Origin: an uncultured archaeon
Lineage (GTDB): Archaea; Asgardarchaeota; Heimdallarchaeia; Heimdallarchaeales; Kariarchaeaceae
DNA: 31,859 bases
Reading direction: 5' to 3'
Assembly: GCA_964645535.1 (NCBI GenBank)
Contig: CAZYCQ010000037.1
Location: 1-31,859, forward strand
This document shows positions 26,844 to 31,859 of this stretch, piece after piece; the first letter of the stretch is position 1; every line of letters starts with the position of its first letter. The translations under genes were made by a program, and so were the position numbers. The notes beneath the pieces were generated by a model that ran no database searches, had not been told where the DNA came from, and worked only from the letters and a program-made list of their open reading frames with translations.

Positions 26844-29096
26844 TTAGGAAACGGCAGTCAATATTGGGGATAGGATTACAAAATTATATGTGAGATGAGC
26901 CAATATGGGAAAAAGAATGGATCCCGTCCTTTTTCTCAGCAGTACTAGGATTATTCCAGATGCAAAGGCGTTTACCATGGATGTTATGGATGTGAAATGT
27001 AAAATTCCAAAAAGAATTGATGTAGTTACCATGGCAGTTGGCATATCCCCTCTTTTTTCGATGAAATCCAGAAGAAATTCCCTAAAAAACAATTCCTCTA
27101 CAATGACCGAGATGGAGACCATTACTGCCAATATTCCTATTGAAAGCTGAGTGATGAACGGCTGAATCGGAATCTGTTGTTTTTCATCGACAAAAAGGAT
27201 TAGCAGAGTTCCTGCTATAAGCAACATTGCAATTACTGCCAAACATGTTTCAAGGAGAGCCTTTCCTTTTTCTTTGGTGGGCACTATCCCCAATCCATTG
27301 AAATTGAAGTAAACCAATGGGATAATAACTGGAATTGTTGCTGAAAGAAAAATTTGACCGAGAACCTCACCTGTAAGGAAGAAAAATACCCCACTAAAGG
27401 CAGGAAGAACGATCCATCCTGCAAATGTAAGGACTGACGCCAAAAACACCCCTTTAATGTTTTCAGACAATGGAGAAGAGAGTGTTTCAATATCCATGTC
27501 ATCCAAGGACTTCACTCCCAACAGCAGAAATATCATTGAGATGGATAGGAACACGAAAATGAATGAAATTGAGGTTGTCGTCAATGAATTGGTGGTAATG
27601 ATTGAAGAAACAGGAATGGTACCCACTGCAAAGGTGATGCCATAAAATATAATCAGATTGATGAAATTTGTAAGGTCCTCTTCATTATCGGAAGGGTTGA
27701 GGAGAAAAATTGCAAGGACTGTACATGTCAATGCAAAGACGGTTACCGCCAGGATTCCCGCAATTCGCACTAAATCTTTGATTGGAGCATAATCAATCAT
27801 CCAAAGGGTTGCCATAATAAGTGCAAATATCGGAATCTCAAGAGAAATCATCTGAAGCAATTTTGAAATTACAAACTTTACTGGACCGCTTGGGGAAGAC
27901 TTGACAATTTCAAGGAAACTCTTGTGTTGAACTGTAAAACTGGCCGCTTCAATGAAAACAACGGTTGATCCCGAAATGATAAGGGTGAATAACAATATTC
28001 CATTTTCAATCTCACCACTGAAACCTGTTGCAGTCCTAAATAATCCTCGGCTTGAAAGAGCAAAGAGCATGAAAACAGTGACTGCAATTCCCATAGTTAG
28101 ACGCGAGAGGTTTTCAACATCACGCAACGATGCATAGAGCTGGCTCTTGTACATCTTCCGTAGAGATGGATTAGGAATTATTCTCAATGCCTTCTCAAAA
28201 ATCTTTTTTGGTGTTGAGGAAACAACTGTAGTGGTATTGGAGGAGGCAATGCCTTCCCAATCGTAAAGCCTGTCCGCAAACTTTATTCCCAGAAAAATGA
28301 GGAAAATGACCATCCCCGACAAAATTCCGATTGCATTTGTGGCTTTCAATCCAATTTGCACTCCATAAATACCTTCAACAATTATGGAGGCAGCAAGTAC
28401 AAACGGAAGGAATTCAATCCATCCAAGATTCCCTCCAGTTTCAGTTACATCCAGCAAATATCTGAGGAGAGGAAGGGATACAATCATTGACAACGATATA
28501 AAGAGGGTTACAATCGCCCGTGCAGTTTCGGTTGTCCGACGTGCAACCAGTTTGAAAATGAATGGGGTCAATAACGTTCCTCCCAAGAGTCCGATAAGAA
28601 TCAACAAAACCAACCCCACAAAAACATATGCGGTGACAATCAATGGTGATCTATTTGAAATCCCTGTAAACGGAAGGAGGGAAACTGTTCCAACAAGGGT
28701 ATAAAATGGGAGAAAAAACACAAGGTTTGCCAATGAATTTCCCAATAACAGTTCAGATGCTTTGACTGGGCTTGCCAATGCTACTTCTCTTCTTGATTGG
28801 GCACTTCCATCATAAACAGATCGACCTAATGGGCTGACGAATGGTCCAAACAGGGTGAAGAATGAAAACATTGCAATGATGGAAAAAAAAGTTCCGATTG
28901 GCGGAGCAATTTGATCCTCCAAAAGTGCATTGTTCTGAAGGTAATCTATCAAGACCCTCAGAAAGAAAGAAAAAAATATCACTCCCGAAAAGAATAGGAT
29001 TGGTATCCATTTTCTGATTTTTCTGAATTTGGCCGTGGTGGTATAGTATTCCGCCTTGAACACTGCAATCCAACGTCTTCTGTTCATTTCAATCAC
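26844..29096 (-). CDS. ABC exporter permease fused to C-terminal CPBP/Abi (CAAX-type) intramembrane protease
   Basis: Two permease-like halves (LASPVKASELLLG, VKSSPSGPVKFVISK) and C-terminal EELFFR, FGILH, AHLTYN motifs. Overlaps the ABC ATPase gene. Confidence 0.8.
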   Translation of the reverse strand: MIEMNRRRWIAVFKAEYYTTTAKFRKIRKWIPILFFSGVIFFSFFLRVLIDYLQNNALLEDQIAPPIGTFFSIIAMFSFFTLFGPFVSPLGRSVYDGSAQSRREVALASPVKASELLLGNSLANLVFFLPFYTLVGTVSLLPFTGISNRSPLIVTAYVFVGLVLLILIGLLGGTLLTPFIFKLVARRTTETARAIVTLFISLSMIVSLPLLRYLLDVTETGGNLGWIEFLPFVLAASIIVEGIYGVQIGLKATNAIGILSGMVIFLIFLGIKFADRLYDWEGIASSNTTTVVSSTPKKIFEKALRIIPNPSLRKMYKSQLYASLRDVENLSRLTMGIAVTVFMLFALSSRGLFRTATGFSGEIENGILLFTLIISGSTVVFIEAASFTVQHKSFLEIVKSSPSGPVKFVISKLLQMISLEIPIFALIMATLWMIDYAPIKDLVRIAGILAVTVFALTCTVLAIFLLNPSDNEEDLTNFINLIIFYGITFAVGTIPVSSIITTNSLTTTSISFIFVFLSISMIFLLLGVKSLDDMDIETLSSPLSENIKGVFLASVLTFAGWIVLPAFSGVFFFLTGEVLGQIFLSATIPVIIPLVYFNFNGLGIVPTKEKGKALLETCLAVIAMLLIAGTLLILFVDEKQQIPIQPFITQLSIGILAVMVSISVIVEELFFREFLLDFIEKRGDMPTAMVTTSILFGILHFTSITSMVNAFASGIILVLLRKRTGSILFPILAHLTYNFVILSPILTAVS

Positions 29097-29862
29097 CTTT
29101 GAAGAACCTCAAATATGCTTCCTCTGGTGAAGGGGAATCTCCAATAAAGTCATTCACATTACCGATGAATCTGATTTCTCCCTCATTGATGATTGCTATG
29201 GAATCACATAGCTCGACAACATTCTCTAAAAGATGAGTTGCAATAATGATCAACTTTTCATCTTTTTTATATTGCCTGATGATTTCTTTCACTTTTATCT
29301 GTGCAACAACATCGAGATTCGCCATAGGTTCATCGAGAAGAAGAACCTTAGGATCATGAATCAAAGCCGCAATTAATGCTACCTTTTGCTTTTGCCCCTT
29401 GGAAAGCGTTTCTATTAAACGATCTCGCAATCCATAAATACTGAGTTCCTTTGAAAATTTGGTGAATCTTTCCAAAATCAGGTTATCTTGAACGCCATAG
29501 AGTGCTCCTATGAATTCGATGTATTCCCAGACACTGAGTTTTTCAAAAAGAGCGGTTTCTTCCGGGAGGAGTCCGGTAATTGCTTTCACATTTGATCTAT
29601 TGGCTTTCAAATCGTAGTCATAAAGTCTTCCTTTTCCATTTGTGGGTCTCATAACACCTGATATTAATCGTATCAATGTGGACTTCCCTGCACCGTTAGG
29701 ACCTACCAAAGCAATGATCTCACCACTTTTCAATCTCAATGTCACGTTCTTGAGAGCCCATGTTTCACCAAATTGTTTGGATACATTAACCATTTCAAGC
29801 GCCATTCGGGAAGATTGCAATTGCACTGATCTATTTTCATTTCCAAAATTATTAAGAATCAC
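29089..29862 (-). CDS. ABC transporter ATP-binding protein (exporter type)
   Basis: GPNGAGKST, LSKGQ, LLLDEP, ATH. The start may be the internal Met (MALEM). Confidence 0.95.
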   Translation of the reverse strand: MILNNFGNENRSVQLQSSRMALEMVNVSKQFGETWALKNVTLRLKSGEIIALVGPNGAGKSTLIRLISGVMRPTNGKGRLYDYDLKANRSNVKAITGLLPEETALFEKLSVWEYIEFIGALYGVQDNLILERFTKFSKELSIYGLRDRLIETLSKGQKQKVALIAALIHDPKVLLLDEPMANLDVVAQIKVKEIIRQYKKDEKLIIIATHLLENVVELCDSIAIINEGEIRFIGNVNDFIGDSPSPEEAYLRFFKGD

Positions 29863-30117
29863 TTATGACCAACCTACCATGCTTTCTATGTTCAACGTTT
29901 CTCCCAACTTTTCTGTAAATATTTCAATTAAAATTGCGCATTTTCATTTTGACCTTAAATTATACCCTTTTCTTTTCACTACTTCGCGCTCATTTTTTCA
30001 AGATTTACACGCGAAATTTCGTTCCTCCTCTCTTCTGAGAATTTGCAGGAATCAACGCCTGAGACATCATCCATAAATCCTCCAAAGCTATCTGGAAAAG
30101 AGATTCAATCTCATGTA

Positions 30118-30163
30118 AATTCTAAATACTTATATTCAAGGAATCCATAATAAATTTAGAATT
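30118..30163. promoter_or_regulatory. 10-bp inverted repeat bracketing a TATA-like element upstream of the small GTPase
   Basis: AATTCTAAAT (30118-30127) and ATTTAGAATT (30154-30163) flank CTTATAT. Confidence 0.3.
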
Positions 30164-30193
30164 AGAGGCGGCTAAAACGCCGAAAGGAAAGGT

Positions 30194-30967
30194 TTGGGGC
30201 TTATGTTAAATCAAATTTTCAAACGAGATGCTGAGGGGATTCCCACCATTAAACTGGTCATTTTCGGACCATCCTTGGCAGGAAAGACCTCGCTTTTGTC
30301 TATATATTCCATTCTAAAAAAGGTGGAATCTCCTGAACAAGTATATTCCGATCTCAAAAAAATTGAGGATCCAAGTGGTCGGACTGCATTGTTTGATCAA
30401 TCTGTGTTCGAATTGCCCAAAGGTCAAGGAACCACTCTTCCCCTCATGAGATATGCGCTTTACTCCGTAGCGGGTCAGGATAGATACAAGGAAACTAGGA
30501 AAGTGGTTCTGAGAGGAACAGACGGGCTAATGATAATGCTTGATCCTTCAATTGAACAGTATGATTCCAACAAGGCTTCTCTTCAGGAGCTAGTTGAGCT
30601 CTTGGGTGATCAGCTGAAAAATGGAGACCTGCCTTGGATCTTGGTGATAAATAAAATCGATCTCCCTCCTGAGCAAAGATCAAGTACTGAAGATATCCTT
30701 AAACTCATGATTGATGTTGGTCTTGTTGAAAATATTGGGGAAGCGTATCAACGATTGCATGAAATGTCATGTCTCCAAGCACGTGATGATCTTTTGGCAA
30801 TGCCGAAACGGTCTGATTGGAAAGAACTTTTGGACACCAGTGGCAGATTGAGAAAAGATGCTCGACCCCCTTCAGTTGTCAAGGCGGCCCTTCCTATTGA
30901 ACACTTAACGAGGATGGTCATTGAACATAAGATCAGAAAAATCAAGGAACAAGTCAACAAACGATAA
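30194..30967 (+). CDS. Small Ras-superfamily GTPase, MglA/Arf-like
   Basis: G1 GPSLAGKTS, RTALFD, YSVAGQ, LRGTDG, G4 NKID. The ATG at 30203 is a likely start. Confidence 0.85.
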   Translation: MGLMLNQIFKRDAEGIPTIKLVIFGPSLAGKTSLLSIYSILKKVESPEQVYSDLKKIEDPSGRTALFDQSVFELPKGQGTTLPLMRYALYSVAGQDRYKETRKVVLRGTDGLMIMLDPSIEQYDSNKASLQELVELLGDQLKNGDLPWILVINKIDLPPEQRSSTEDILKLMIDVGLVENIGEAYQRLHEMSCLQARDDLLAMPKRSDWKELLDTSGRLRKDARPPSVVKAALPIEHLTRMVIEHKIRKIKEQVNKR

Positions 30968-31615
30968 TTATATCTCCACCTCTCTCCTTTCCGTCAAAAT
31001 TGTTAGTGGTTTGTTTTCAAATTTGAAAATCCCTGTTTCAATAACTCCTGGTATCAATTTTACTTTCTTTTCAAATTCAATCAGATCTATTTCCTCGTAA
31101 TGGACATCTATTATCCAATTGCCATTGTCGGTATGAAAGGGAATTCCATGGGATGTCATTCTCACCATTGTTCTTGTCACTTCTTCCATTCCATCTAGCT
31201 TTTCCTTGATGAAAAGATGAGCGAAAGGCAGGACTTCAATCGCTATTGGATAGCTCGGTTTTTCAACCCATTTTCTTTCCTCAGCGACAACAATGATTCT
31301 TTTTGCCACTTCCCATAAGATTTTTTCCCGGAATAGGGCTCCTCCACCTCCTTTGATAAATAGTTTTCTGTCTCCAATGATTTGGTCTGCTCCATCCACA
31401 AGTATTCCAATTTCCTTAGCATAATTGATTTCACTTGTTCCTGCTTTTGCCAATTGAATTGAGGTACTTGATGATCCAGAAAGACATTTTTTTATGTCTA
31501 ACTGATCTATATATTCCAATACACAATTTACTGTTGATCCACTGCCGAATCCTGCTTCAGAAATCCCATTGAGGTAATTCAATGTTTTTTTTGCGATTAT
31601 CTTCTTCGCATTCAC
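30968..31615 (-). CDS. rpiA: Ribose-5-phosphate isomerase A
   Basis: GFGSGSTV, VDGADQ, IKGGGGALFREKI, IEVLPF, TDNGNWIID, IPGVIETGIF. Confidence 0.95.
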   Translation of the reverse strand: MNAKKIIAKKTLNYLNGISEAGFGSGSTVNCVLEYIDQLDIKKCLSGSSSTSIQLAKAGTSEINYAKEIGILVDGADQIIGDRKLFIKGGGGALFREKILWEVAKRIIVVAEERKWVEKPSYPIAIEVLPFAHLFIKEKLDGMEEVTRTMVRMTSHGIPFHTDNGNWIIDVHYEEIDLIEFEKKVKLIPGVIETGIFKFENKPLTILTERREVEI

Positions 31616-31652
31616 AATTTTTTGATTTTCCTCTTCTATTTCATTCTATCTC

Positions 31653-31859
31653 TTATTGTTCATCCTCATTGATATACTTCTTCAATCTTGCTAATTCCTT
31701 TAACATATCCATTCTTAAAGCTGCAATGCTTGTTGTTTTTGCAAATTTTGATTCATCTGATTGTGGTTTTGGCATCATCGGTTGCTCCGCAGAAGGAATA
31801 ACTGGTTTATTCACTTTAGGTGGTTCTGGTGATGGAATAGATGATCTGGAAGGTGGTTG
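31653..31859 (-). CDS. 3' end of a gene (5' part outside the window): proline-rich linker plus C-terminal amphipathic helix
   Basis: Not in the ORF track. Hand translation from the window edge: QPPSRSSIPSPEPPKVNKPVIPSAEQPMMPKPQSDESKFAKTTSIAALRMDMLKELARLKKYINEDEQ*. Confidence 0.75.
   Translation of the reverse strand, partial: QPPSRSSIPSPEPPKVNKPVIPSAEQPMMPKPQSDESKFAKTTSIAALRMDMLKELARLKKYINEDEQ

Noticed and set aside
30164-30200. Riboswitch or ncRNA upstream of the GTPase
   Set aside because: Only 2-4 bp stems are visible, which is not enough to support a structured RNA call.
1-31859. tRNA, rRNA, CRISPR arrays, transposases, integrases
   Set aside because: None recognised. The intergenic spaces are short and lack such signatures.

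Overview
A gene-dense archaeal chromosomal segment with about 32 CDS. I found no rRNA, tRNA, CRISPR array or mobile element. Archaeal markers include RIO1 kinase, NMD3, a pantoate kinase-like GHMP kinase and a type II GAPDH-like protein. They occur with bacterial-type genes (UvrB, long-form GndA, class II HMG-CoA reductase), an MglA/Arf-like small GTPase, and HEAT, coiled-coil and Pro-rich proteins. This mix fits an Asgard (Heimdallarchaeia-like) archaeon, which is an inference. The strongest signal is a tandem overlapping gene pair (21077-22313, minus strand) that reproduces the two domains of eukaryotic OGFOD1/Tpa1/Ofd1 (ribosomal uS12 prolyl hydroxylase) as separate proteins: one catalytically intact 2OG-Fe(II) domain and one degenerate domain. 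Other leads: an AT-rich cassette with an exported caspase/CHAT-like protease and a multipass membrane partner; a probable ATA start for a PadR-coupled HAAS membrane protein; cofactor or active-site changes in GndA and pantoate kinase; an ABC permease-CPBP protease fusion; a Pro-rich WH2-like C-terminus at the right edge; and all six convergent gene pairs abutting stop-to-stop. All family assignments come from motif reading by eye, with no database search.
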